Source: Fidelibacterota bacterium
GTDB taxonomy: Bacteria > Fidelibacterota > UBA8477 > JABMPR01
NCBI GenBank assembly: GCA_016844955.1
Contig: JAERTH010000059.1
Span: 27,124 to 91,123, forward strand
DNA length: 64,000 nt
Direction: 5' to 3'
A program made the position numbers and the translations under genes. Of the stretch, positions 8,858 through 18,412 are shown in pieces; the stretch's first letter is position 1; the number at the start of each line of letters is the position of its first letter. A model generated the notes under the pieces. It was given only the letters and a program-made list of their open reading frames with translations. It was not told where the DNA came from and did not search any database.

Positions 8858-10764
8858 TTTTTCTTTTTCTCCAGAAAGGTCATTTTCATTTCATACATCC
8901 CATCGGAAATATGCTTTTGCACATCGAAGCCCATACTTTCAAATAAGCGCATCATGCGTGCATTACTAATTAATACGTCTGCGGTAAATCCAAGCAGACC
9001 TTGTTTTTTTGCTAGAAGTGTGAGGTACTTGAGCAGCTCACGTCCAAGTCCTAACTCTTGATGATCATCTCTGATTACAAATGCTACATCGGCAGTGTGG
9101 GTAGCACCAATTACAGCGTACTGACCGACACCAACCAACTGTTCAGTTTCACCTTCCTGACTAAAAGCCAGCAGTATGATTTCGCTGGTATAATCAATGA
9201 CGACAAAATCCTGCAATCTTTCATGAGGCATATCCTTGCGCTCAGATACAAATCTGCGCTGGAGACTTGCATCAGAAAGCGAATAGAAAAAATCCTTCAG
9301 GAGTGGCTCATCGCTGATCTTAACCGGTCGGATAAACACTTCCAGACCACCGCTCGTGGTACGATAGGTTTCCAACTTTTCAGGATACTCTCCGGCCTTG
9401 CCAGGAATAAATGCCTGATCCTGATAGATCAGATTGCGTTTCTTGGCTTTCCTGATGAGCTCAGCCCTGAATTTAGGGTGTGCAATACTGATCAGTTCCA
9501 TGGCGCGTTCACGAATATTTTTACCATGGAGATAGGCAATTCCATACTCCGTTACCACATAGTGAATGTCACCACGGTTCAGAGTCACACCCGCACCGGC
9601 TTTCAGAAACGGGCTAATTCTCGAGATCGTCCCATCTTCAGCCGTTGATGGTATCGTTAAAATCGTTTTGCCAGCTGAAGCCAGAATAGCTCCACGCATA
9701 AAATCTGCCTGACCACCAATTCCACTGTAGAATATTTTTCCCAGGGATTCTGCCGTAGCCTGCCCTGTGAGATCAATTTCCAGTGCTGAGTTGATGGCCG
9801 TCATATTGTCGTGCTTGGCAATCACTCGCGGATCGTTGGTGTAATCTACCGTTTTAAATTCGATGAAAGGATTATCATGAAGATAATCGTAGGTAGAGGC
9901 TTTCCCCATACTGAAGGTGGCTATGGTCTTACCGCGGTTCACTGATTTTTGTGAGTTGTCAACTACACCTGACTTCATCAATTCTACCAGACCATCACCC
10001 AGGAGTTCAGTGTGAACACCCAGATGTTTTTTGTCCTTCAGATTGGCCAAAATGGCATTGGGAAGACAGCCGTATCCGACTTGAATGGTATTGCCATCCT
10101 CAATGAGTGTGGCCACATACTTACCAATCTTATCAGCGACTTCATTATCAAGATCATCTTCATATTCAAGCAGAGCTTCTTCATGATGGATCACATAGTC
10201 CACATCTGAGATATGAATAAAACCATCACCATGAACGCGTGGCATACGAGGATTCACTTGAACAATAATCGTCTGAGCTTTTTCTGTGGCAGCCTTTACG
10301 ATATCAACACTCACCCCTAAACTCATATATCCATGCTGATCGGGACATGAAGCCTGAATGAGGGCAACATCAACCGCAACATGGCCAGTTTGAAAAAGGC
10401 TGGGAATCTCAGAAAGAAAAATGGGTGTATAGTCAGCCAGGCCAGAGTTAACCGCCGTACGCGTACTATTGCCGATAAAGAAAGAATTGTGACGAAAGTT
10501 CTGCTTGAATTTCGCATCAGCATACGGAGCCAGGCCCAATGACCAGACTTGCAAAACCTCAGCATCAAAAACAGCTTTGGGCTCATTTTCAATGTATTCA
10601 GCTAATGATTTTAAAAGGAATTGCGGTTCACCACAGGCGGTATGAACAAATATTCGGTCACCGCGATGAATGGATTTCATGGCCTTTTGAACGGGGACAA
10701 ACTTATCAGAGTACCGCTCTTTTAAGGCATTTAGAGCTCTGGTTTCTTTCTCTCTGTCGATCAT
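8854..10764 (-). CDS. Bifunctional acetyl-CoA hydrolase/transferase-family domain plus C-terminal GNAT acetyltransferase
   Basis: CoA-transferase-type segment SGIGGQADFMRGA. The C-terminal GNAT carries the acetyl-CoA motif HQELGLGRELLKYL and resembles the Pat-type GNAT region (IRPVKISDEPLLKDFFYSLS). Confidence 0.72.
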   Translation of the reverse strand: MIDREKETRALNALKERYSDKFVPVQKAMKSIHRGDRIFVHTACGEPQFLLKSLAEYIENEPKAVFDAEVLQVWSLGLAPYADAKFKQNFRHNSFFIGNSTRTAVNSGLADYTPIFLSEIPSLFQTGHVAVDVALIQASCPDQHGYMSLGVSVDIVKAATEKAQTIIVQVNPRMPRVHGDGFIHISDVDYVIHHEEALLEYEDDLDNEVADKIGKYVATLIEDGNTIQVGYGCLPNAILANLKDKKHLGVHTELLGDGLVELMKSGVVDNSQKSVNRGKTIATFSMGKASTYDYLHDNPFIEFKTVDYTNDPRVIAKHDNMTAINSALEIDLTGQATAESLGKIFYSGIGGQADFMRGAILASAGKTILTIPSTAEDGTISRISPFLKAGAGVTLNRGDIHYVVTEYGIAYLHGKNIRERAMELISIAHPKFRAELIRKAKKRNLIYQDQAFIPGKAGEYPEKLETYRTTSGGLEVFIRPVKISDEPLLKDFFYSLSDASLQRRFVSERKDMPHERLQDFVVIDYTSEIILLAFSQEGETEQLVGVGQYAVIGATHTADVAFVIRDDHQELGLGRELLKYLTLLAKKQGLLGFTADVLISNARMMRLFESMGFDVQKHISDGMYEMKMTFLEKKKK

Positions 10765-10923
10765 TCAATTAACCCACTTTCTAGCGTTTCTTCTCCAAAT
10801 CGAGAAGTGCAAATAAAGTGCCTCAGAGCAGGAATAGCAAAAGATTATTCTGTAAAATGTTAAGAATACGTACTTTTTTTTGCTCTAAGCTTAAAAACTC
10901 CCAATTCTCTCATCCTCAGCAAA

Positions 10924-11871
10924 TTATTCGTCTAGCTTTTCTTTTATTTGAGGAATCAATGCTTCGGTCTGCACATATCCTTCTTGAATTGCTCGACCGG
11001 CGTCATCAAAATCAAAGAATTTCATATCTCCCAATCGAGGCTCAACGAGAACGTCGGGTGGATGAGCTTCAAGATTCATCAATTCAATTTTTTTCTGCAT
11101 GATATTCAGGGATGATCCCAGTACTTCAAAGATATGGGGAGAGCTCTCTTCCTTGCTAAACCACTGGTCAATTTTTGTGCTCAGTGTCTTGCCCCTTTCC
11201 CCATAGCGCAACATCCAGCTCTTAACCACTTCAAGGCGCTTGGTCTCAAAGCCTCGAGATTTGTCTTCCCAATTCGATTCACGATACTTGCGTGGATCTT
11301 TTGAGATTCGTTCCGAGTTTAAATCCACTGCAACGATGACATCAGCACCCATCTCCCGGCAGACATCAACTGGTAAGGGATTGACAACACCACCATCAAC
11401 CAACCAACGATCCTCAACAAGTACAGGCGTAACCACACCGGGGACAGCCATAGTTGCCTTTAGGGCATCCCTGATGTTCCCTTTGGATAGAATGACCTGT
11501 TCCGCAGTGAACATATCGGTAGCAACCATTTTCACGGGAATACTTAACTCTTCAAAATGTGTGACATGGGTGTGTTCCTGAATAAGATCAGCCACCCTTT
11601 TTCCCTCTATGAATCCTGAACGGGGAAACGCCAGATCCAGAAAGGCCAACACAGTTTTCCAGTCCATATCCAGTGCGAATTTTTTCACACTGGCCAATCC
11701 TCCGGCAGCATAGGCAGCCCCAATGAAGGAACCGGCACTTGCCCCTGAAATCATGGAGATGGTTAATCCATGTGCTTCCAGTGCCTCGATTGCTCCAATG
11801 TGGGCCCATCCTCGTGATGCGCCACTCCCCAGAACAAGTCCGAGCTTTTTGTCAGACATCCTGTATTCCAT
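10924..11871 (-). CDS. Patatin-like phospholipase
   Basis: Oxyanion GSGASRG, nucleophile elbow GASAGS, and catalytic-Asp context LVDGGVVNPLP. The likely start is at M5 (11859). Confidence 0.85.
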   Translation of the reverse strand: MEYRMSDKKLGLVLGSGASRGWAHIGAIEALEAHGLTISMISGASAGSFIGAAYAAGGLASVKKFALDMDWKTVLAFLDLAFPRSGFIEGKRVADLIQEHTHVTHFEELSIPVKMVATDMFTAEQVILSKGNIRDALKATMAVPGVVTPVLVEDRWLVDGGVVNPLPVDVCREMGADVIVAVDLNSERISKDPRKYRESNWEDKSRGFETKRLEVVKSWMLRYGERGKTLSTKIDQWFSKEESSPHIFEVLGSSLNIMQKKIELMNLEAHPPDVLVEPRLGDMKFFDFDDAGRAIQEGYVQTEALIPQIKEKLDE

Positions 11872-13174
11872 CCGTTAAGCTTTGTTTACGAATTTGCTCC
11901 AGGGCACCCTTTTTAATGCGGATTTCCACTACAATGTGTTCCGGTTCGTACTCAATGTTTAATACTTCAGCTGAGCGATGCAGAAAGGCCAGAAATTTTT
12001 GCTGTGAATGCTCCAGAATGAGGGTTTCAACCACAAAATCACTCTGGCGAATCTCTATAATTTTTTCTTCCAACTCGTGGACATTAATCTGACGTAAGGC
12101 CGAAACCGGGATCGATCCCTCGTGCTCCCTAAGTGCTTCATTCAACATCTCAGGCTCCCCCACCAGATCAATTTTATTGAACACGACCAGGGTCTGTCTT
12201 TCCAGAACTCCCAAATCAATCAGGACTTCATTAACTGTTCTGAGATGTTTCTCATACTGAGGATCACTTAGGTCAATAACAATAAGAATTAAATCAGCGT
12301 ATTTGACTTCCTGTAAGGTGCTTTTAAAGGAAGCAACCAGGTGATGCGGTAGTTTGTGAATAAACCCTACGGTATCACTGAGGAGAATTTCATGATCCAG
12401 AATACTGATCTTTCTCACCGTCGTATCCAGGGTTGCAAACAATTTATTTTCGACCAGCACACCTGCATTGGAGAACAGATTCATGAGGGAGGATTTCCCA
12501 GCATTGGTATACCCAACCAGGGCAACCTTGAACATGTCATCCCGCTGTTTGCGGCGAGTATCTCGCTGGGTTTCAATCTTTTTCAGATCCACCTTCAGCA
12601 TGGATATGCGATTGCGAATGAGACGACGATCAATCTCGATCTGAGTTTCACCCATTCCACCGCGGGTGGATGTTGCACCACGCTGTCTTTCCAGGTGAGT
12701 CCAGGCCCGCGTCAGGCGGGGTAAGAGATATTGAAGTTGAGCCAACTCGACCTGGGTTTTTGATTCCTTGCTGCTGGCGTGCCTGACGAAAATATCCAGA
12801 ATGAGGGCACTCCGATCAATGACCCGAGCTTTCTCAAACAACTTTTGTAAATTTTTTGTCTGGGCCGGTGTCAACTCATCGTCAAAAATTATCGTATCGA
12901 CCTTCAGCATTTCCACCATGGATACGATTTCATCAGCTTTGCCCTTACCCACATACAGTGCGGCATGTATTTGGGTACGTTTCTGGACTATCTGTCCACT
13001 GATTTCCGCCCCTGCTGTTTCAGCCAGAAGCGCTAACTCGGAGAGATTATTTTCCACCTCTTCAATAGATTGCTGGCCATATGCTACACCTACCAGGAGG
13101 GCTTTTTCCTTTTCTAGTGTCGTTTCAAACATGCTACCGCCATGTGGATTTAATGCGTGATAAATAGGTTTCAA
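11852..13174 (-). CDS. hflX: GTPase HflX
   Basis: HflX N-domain followed by G1 GYTNAGKSS, G3 DTVGF and G4 NKID. The more likely start is MFETTLEKEKALLVGV at 13132, which removes the overlap with the upstream gene. Confidence 0.9.
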   Translation of the reverse strand: MKPIYHALNPHGGSMFETTLEKEKALLVGVAYGQQSIEEVENNLSELALLAETAGAEISGQIVQKRTQIHAALYVGKGKADEIVSMVEMLKVDTIIFDDELTPAQTKNLQKLFEKARVIDRSALILDIFVRHASSKESKTQVELAQLQYLLPRLTRAWTHLERQRGATSTRGGMGETQIEIDRRLIRNRISMLKVDLKKIETQRDTRRKQRDDMFKVALVGYTNAGKSSLMNLFSNAGVLVENKLFATLDTTVRKISILDHEILLSDTVGFIHKLPHHLVASFKSTLQEVKYADLILIVIDLSDPQYEKHLRTVNEVLIDLGVLERQTLVVFNKIDLVGEPEMLNEALREHEGSIPVSALRQINVHELEEKIIEIRQSDFVVETLILEHSQQKFLAFLHRSAEVLNIEYEPEHIVVEIRIKKGALEQIRKQSLTDGIQDV

Positions 13175-15080
13175 TAACCTGTAACAATAATAGCAGAATC
13201 AAAAAAATGGGCCATAATGCTATCCCGGAGTGTCGATCAAGAATTTCGGTGACGATCAAATGCTGATCGTTGCTAATAAACATATCTGAGTCGCTGAGAT
13301 CATATAATCTGCTGTGAGCCTGTGCTTCATATGCTGATATATTCACAGCCAGTGGTTGTAGCACCTGACGACCGCGCGTCACACTATAAATTCCAGGTAT
13401 ATTTGCAGAGGCATAGTGGATCACATAATTTGAATCCGGTGTAAGATAATCCACAGTACCATCAGGTCTCTGAATATTAAATGGCGTATTGGTTGTTTCA
13501 ATTGATCCTGGAAAAAAGTGCAACGTATCCCCTACCTCAGCATTGTACTGGGATGTGTGATCCTTGATTTCCTGGGATTGACACAGTTGCAGAATCAGCG
13601 TTGGGAAGACACCCAGGAGTGGCAGGTTATTGGCACGGATCCCGAATTCGGTGTTGAACCAGATGACTCGACCTTCATTCAAACGTGTATTCCCCAGGAA
13701 TGCCTGACCATCCAGATAGCGTATCCAGGTCTCTTCCAATTCAGCCGAACCCGAGCTGAACCGCTGGTATACTTTGAGACGGTTCTGGGCAATTGCTGTT
13801 TCTAGAGGTGGTGATTTCAGGGCCTTTTTGCCTGGTGGGGTCACAAACAATCCCAGCGGAAATGGGTTGGTCTCTGTATTCAACGACGTATTGAAGTTAA
13901 GTAATTCCTGAAATCGATCTCCTCCTGCACCAAATAGGATGAGTTGCCCACCCTGGGATACAAATGACTTCAGACGATTCCAATTGTAATCAACCAGCTT
14001 GCTGGCATCCTCTACGATTACGGTTCCCCCTTGATTCAATGTCAAGTTGTCCGATTCACTGTAATCCAATAGTCGGATATCAAGATTAACTTCTTGTTCA
14101 GCAGCAGACTGACTGACAATACTCCAAAAGTCTAGAGCTTTGCTGGATCGCAGTATTTGGACTGGAATTTTGCCTGCAGCAGGTAGGACATAATGTCTTG
14201 AATTGTTGTAGTTATGTTCATCACTGCCCAGCTCAAACCGACCACTCTGAAAGCCTGGTTCCCCTACTCGGGCCAGCATCTCCACACTGGGTACTTCTGG
14301 TAGAATCACAGTTTGATTTTGTCTGGCTTCATTGACAATGAGTTCCAGGGCCAGAGATTCCCGCACTTCAAGCGCATGGGCGATATCAACCTGTACTTGA
14401 TAGGCATCCCCTCCATGTATTCCTCGATGGGGCAATTTGAGATTTGAAACTCCAAAATCATTTTCAATGGTTCTCAGAAGAACAAATTTGTTCCAATCCC
14501 CAAGTGTTTCGATGTATTCACGGACATCCTGCCCATCTCCAATCCAGAGTATGCTCTTTTCTCTAAATTGCTCCAGGTCGATCTGATCCTCAAAAGCATC
14601 CACCAAGCTACCATCATGAATGCCGCTGAACTCAGGGGTTATATCAGTATATTGGCTTTGTAGATTAAAATCAGTCAACCCACAGAATAAAACGCGATAG
14701 CCCTTCTCCTCCATATCGGATTGAAAAGTTTCTAACCATGAGCCTGATAGTGCATCCAGATTCTCACTATTAGAGGCTGTGTTATCAATGGCGACCACCA
14801 GGATGTCAACATTCTGTGTATAGAGCTGGAAACCACCGCTAACATTGAGATTGGGTCGAGCAAAAGCCAGAATGATGAGCAGAATCATGAGGGTGCGGAT
14901 AATTAACAGGATGAGTTGTTTAACATTAAACTTTTTGAGGGCATCCTGTTCCAGCAGTTTCAAAAATTTCAGTGACGGAAAATCAATTAATTTACTTTTG
15001 CGCTTGGCCAGTAGATGAATGATCACTGGAAGTGTTATCAGCGGTAAGAACCATAGAAATGATGGGCTAAGAAAGGTCAT
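13134..15080 (-). CDS. BatA-N (aerotolerance-regulator N-terminal) domain membrane protein
   Basis: The N-terminus FLSPSFLWFLPLITLPVIIHLLAKRKSKLIDFPSLKFL is the characteristic double-TM BatA_N signature. The rest is a large extracytoplasmic region. Confidence 0.6.
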   Translation of the reverse strand: MTFLSPSFLWFLPLITLPVIIHLLAKRKSKLIDFPSLKFLKLLEQDALKKFNVKQLILLIIRTLMILLIILAFARPNLNVSGGFQLYTQNVDILVVAIDNTASNSENLDALSGSWLETFQSDMEEKGYRVLFCGLTDFNLQSQYTDITPEFSGIHDGSLVDAFEDQIDLEQFREKSILWIGDGQDVREYIETLGDWNKFVLLRTIENDFGVSNLKLPHRGIHGGDAYQVQVDIAHALEVRESLALELIVNEARQNQTVILPEVPSVEMLARVGEPGFQSGRFELGSDEHNYNNSRHYVLPAAGKIPVQILRSSKALDFWSIVSQSAAEQEVNLDIRLLDYSESDNLTLNQGGTVIVEDASKLVDYNWNRLKSFVSQGGQLILFGAGGDRFQELLNFNTSLNTETNPFPLGLFVTPPGKKALKSPPLETAIAQNRLKVYQRFSSGSAELEETWIRYLDGQAFLGNTRLNEGRVIWFNTEFGIRANNLPLLGVFPTLILQLCQSQEIKDHTSQYNAEVGDTLHFFPGSIETTNTPFNIQRPDGTVDYLTPDSNYVIHYASANIPGIYSVTRGRQVLQPLAVNISAYEAQAHSRLYDLSDSDMFISNDQHLIVTEILDRHSGIALWPIFLILLLLLQVIETYLSRIKSTWR

Positions 15081-15099
15081 GCGAGTCGTTCGATTCGAG

Positions 15100-15687
15100 T
15101 TACAGTATATTGGCTATACTTAATAATATTCCTGACAAAATTGGAATGACAAAATTATCATCCATATCCATTGGAAATGCTTCAGTAATGGTGAGTAATA
15201 TCGCTACTCCCAGATTTAACCAAAATGCTCCTGGAATAAACACATTGAGGATGAGGATGGTGACAAGTAAAAAAGCGGTGCTTCCCTCAACAGATTTAGC
15301 CAAAAATTTGTGTTTCCCATATGGAATACCCACCAGGGCAGCAAAGGTATCCGAGATAGAAAGAATGAGCAGGGATGGTACTGCAATTTCTCTTGGGAAC
15401 AGGAAAATGCACAAAACAGCTCCCGTAAACACATAAGTAGCCCCCGTCAAATGCTGATGTTCATGGGGTCGCAAGGCAGAACCGAATACTTTTGCAAACA
15501 GGCGTTTACTCAGGGGTGAATGCATGCGTAAATATTCCGCCAGCAAAAAGCCTGTGGCGAGAATGATGACTCCCCTGAGGATAATTTCTCGCTCCAGGAG
15601 AAACCAATACAGCAATGGTATAGCACTGCTGCTCATGTGAATGACCTTTCTGACCAATTCATGCAATCGAAGTTCAGATAAGGCCAT
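15100..15687 (-). CDS. CTP-dependent polyprenol/diacylglycerol kinase or cytidylyltransferase-family membrane protein
   Basis: Polytopic protein. The motif SDTFAALVGIPYGKHKF..KSVEGS is typical of the CTP_transf_1 / dolichol-kinase family. Confidence 0.6.
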   Translation of the reverse strand: MALSELRLHELVRKVIHMSSSAIPLLYWFLLEREIILRGVIILATGFLLAEYLRMHSPLSKRLFAKVFGSALRPHEHQHLTGATYVFTGAVLCIFLFPREIAVPSLLILSISDTFAALVGIPYGKHKFLAKSVEGSTAFLLVTILILNVFIPGAFWLNLGVAILLTITEAFPMDMDDNFVIPILSGILLSIANIL

Positions 15688-15690
15688 GGG

Positions 15691-16359
15691 CTACTGCGAA
15701 ATCAGGTTTAGAAGTCTCAGGAAATTCTCATCAGGGGGTGCTGAATTGTTAAAGACAGCTGAGCCGGCTACAAAGCGTTGAATGCCGGACTGAGCAAGCG
15801 AACCAATAGTTGTCTGGTTAATTCCACCATCAATTTCGATCAACACACCATTTTCCTGGAGTGTGGGTAATAGTGCCACCAGCCCGTCTGTGGCAGTGGG
15901 AATGAAGGACTGACCTCCAAAACCAGGATACACAGACATAATCAACAGCTGATCCATCAATTCGATATAGGGTTCAACCATGGATAAGTCTTCATCCGGA
16001 TTCACAACGAGACCAGACTTGACGCCAGTGTCCTTTATCTTTTGGAGCGTATCTGCTACAGATTTGCAGGTCGATGGGTGCACCAGCACAATATCAGCAC
16101 CTGCTGAGATAAAATTATCCAGATATTTATCTGGATCAGAAATCATGAGGTGTGCTTCCAGAACAAGGGGTGTCATCTTGCGGATGGCCTTAACCAGCAT
16201 GGGACCAAAGGTTAGATTGGGGACATAGTGTCCATCCATCACATCCAGATGAAGCACCTCACACCCCGCGCCTTCAACCGAAGCTATCTGTTCACCTAAT
16301 CTAGAGAAATCAGCTGAAAGAATTGAGGGAGAGATCTGAGGTTGATACGAAACGGCCAT
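15691..16359 (-). CDS. rpe: Ribulose-phosphate 3-epimerase
   Basis: SILSADF, HLDVMDGHYVPNLTFG and MSVYPGFGGQSF. Confidence 0.92.
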   Translation of the reverse strand: MAVSYQPQISPSILSADFSRLGEQIASVEGAGCEVLHLDVMDGHYVPNLTFGPMLVKAIRKMTPLVLEAHLMISDPDKYLDNFISAGADIVLVHPSTCKSVADTLQKIKDTGVKSGLVVNPDEDLSMVEPYIELMDQLLIMSVYPGFGGQSFIPTATDGLVALLPTLQENGVLIEIDGGINQTTIGSLAQSGIQRFVAGSAVFNNSAPPDENFLRLLNLISQ

Positions 16360-17087
16360 TAGAATTCATCCGTTATCATAATATCTACTGTAATTGAACG
16401 CTCACGCGGGAATTCTCGCCCTGAGGCAACTGACTGGGAAACCACGGTTCTCGGCAATAGTTCCGAATTTTCAGTGTATTGGACATTGCCCAGAGTGAAG
16501 CCATTTTGCTCCAACACTTTAACAGCTTCATCAAAACCCTTATTCAATAAGTTGGGCATGATCTTTTTTAGATTGCGTTTTCCCAGACTTACGGTGAGGG
16601 AAATTGAATCACCCGGTGCTACTGGTAGACCGGCAGCAACCGATTGTCCCATAATTACGGTTTTTTGATAGAGGTCGGAGGAGTCTTCCAGGGTTTCCAC
16701 GAGAAACAGGCCGAGTCGTTCCAGGGCAATATGGGCTTGACGTTCTGTTGAGGCAATCAGGTCAGGCATTTCCAGCTTGGCGGGGGGAAGATTGATGGTA
16801 AGCTGAATCTTACGATTCTCTTTGACCATCTGTCCAGCTTCTGGATATTGATCCATGATAAAACGACTGGGAATATCTCTTCTAAAAATAGTATCCTTAA
16901 TGGTCCATTCCAGATTTCGTTCCTTGAGTATTCCACCGGCTTGCTGAAGGTCAGTATGTGTGAGACTGGGTACACGAATCTCATTATTCCAGTTCACATA
17001 AAGCGGTAGAATTACATGATTAAAAAGCAGGGCCACAAAGATGCCCAGGAACCCAAAAATAATGATATAATCTCTTAGTAATTTCAT
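16359..17087 (-). CDS. Membrane-anchored PASTA-repeat protein (one TM plus about 3 PASTA units, no kinase or transpeptidase domain)
   Basis: N-terminal TM IIIFGFLGIFVALLFNHVILPLY is followed by three units of about 65 aa of the form (V/M)P(S/D/N)L...A...L...G(L/F)... Confidence 0.7.
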   Translation of the reverse strand: MKLLRDYIIIFGFLGIFVALLFNHVILPLYVNWNNEIRVPSLTHTDLQQAGGILKERNLEWTIKDTIFRRDIPSRFIMDQYPEAGQMVKENRKIQLTINLPPAKLEMPDLIASTERQAHIALERLGLFLVETLEDSSDLYQKTVIMGQSVAAGLPVAPGDSISLTVSLGKRNLKKIMPNLLNKGFDEAVKVLEQNGFTLGNVQYTENSELLPRTVVSQSVASGREFPRERSITVDIMITDEF

Positions 17088-18412
17088 GCCTGTTTTCTAA
17101 TCTTTACTGCAAACATTCCATCCATATTATCCTGCCAGGGTAATGTAGAAAAAGCACCACGTTCATCAATGTATGGTTTGAATTTTTCATTGTCTATTGC
17201 TTCAATTTCTGCATCTTCCAACTGCTTCAGGACAGCATCAATTACGCCCCAATTCTCTTCTGGTTCCAGGGTGCAGGTTGCATAGACCAGAACACCACCA
17301 GGTTTCAACGACCCCCAACTATTCTTTAAAATTTTTGTCTGAATATCTACCAGGGACTCAGTGTCCGTCGGCTGCCTTTTCCAACGGGCGTCTGGACGTC
17401 GATTCAACACACCTGTTCCAGAGCAGGGAACATCCAGGAGTATTCCATCTGCTTCTGGCAATTTGTCGATGGCTGCATCCAACTGCTTCACTTCAATACC
17501 GGGAAGGTCAAGACGTTTTATATTCTCATATACCCTATTCAGTCGTGAGCTGCTTGCATCACAGGCCTTAATAATGGCATCACCACCGCTGAGTTCACTG
17601 AGGAAAGCCATTTTACCTCCAGGGGCAGCACAGGCATCAACAATGGTCTCGTTAGCCTTGGGTGCCAGCAGGGATGCAACCATTCCAGCTGCCAGATCCT
17701 GATAGGAAAACCAACCAGACCGAAATGCCTGAGAGACCAATAACTTCCCACTATTCTCCACCATGTAAAAACTTGACAGCAGGTCGGATTGGTGAAATTC
17801 CACCTCTTCTTTTTCGAGAAAAGCCTCGAAATCGGCAGTACTCACTTTGAGGGCATTACGTCTATTCCAGATTTTTGGTGGATTGTTATTGTGCCGGCAA
17901 AACTGAATAACATCTTCAACCGCATATCTGGTCAGCCAGCGTTCCAGCAACCACTCAGGGTGGGAAGTCTCAATAGATAATCTTTTCAGATCATCTTTAA
18001 TTGGAGCCAGGATTTGTTCCAGATTGAGCTTCTGAAGCTTTCTCAGTATGGCATTCACCAGATTAGCAGCTTGACGCTGCTTCACCCGCTTACATAAATC
18101 AACTGATTCATTGATAGCAGCGTGTTCTGAGGTGTGCATGTATTTAAGTTGAAAGGTGCCCATTCTGAGCAAAACTTTTATGGCGTGCTGAGCTTTTTTA
18201 TAGCGTCCTTTGAATGCGAACTGAATCCATCCATCCAGTTGAAGTTTCAGGCGGGTCACACCATAGACAAGTTCCATTACCCAGCGCTTTTCAGGGGGGG
18301 GTAGGGTTGAATTGCCCAGCGCATTACCCAGAAGATCATCTATTGAGCGCGAGGTATCCTTCTCCGCTGATAGTAACGTTTTAAATGCTAATTCACGTGG
18401 TGTGTTAGCCAA
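17084..18412 (-). CDS. rsmB: 16S rRNA (cytosine967-C5)-methyltransferase
   Basis: NusB-like N-domain, SAM motif DACAAPGGK, DVPCSGTG and catalytic VYATCT. Confidence 0.88.
   Translation of the reverse strand: MANTPRELAFKTLLSAEKDTSRSIDDLLGNALGNSTLPPPEKRWVMELVYGVTRLKLQLDGWIQFAFKGRYKKAQHAIKVLLRMGTFQLKYMHTSEHAAINESVDLCKRVKQRQAANLVNAILRKLQKLNLEQILAPIKDDLKRLSIETSHPEWLLERWLTRYAVEDVIQFCRHNNNPPKIWNRRNALKVSTADFEAFLEKEEVEFHQSDLLSSFYMVENSGKLLVSQAFRSGWFSYQDLAAGMVASLLAPKANETIVDACAAPGGKMAFLSELSGGDAIIKACDASSSRLNRVYENIKRLDLPGIEVKQLDAAIDKLPEADGILLDVPCSGTGVLNRRPDARWKRQPTDTESLVDIQTKILKNSWGSLKPGGVLVYATCTLEPEENWGVIDAVLKQLEDAEIEAIDNEKFKPYIDERGAFSTLPWQDNMDGMFAVKIRKQA

Noticed and set aside
9058-9648. Long antisense ORFs inside large genes (for example 9058-9648, 19764-20249, 47269-47736, 62999-63436, 55454-55816 and 12768-13160).
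   Set aside because: Each lies wholly inside a longer opposite-strand ORF with clear family motifs. Their translations are low-complexity or Ser/Arg/Leu-rich, as expected for shadow ORFs.
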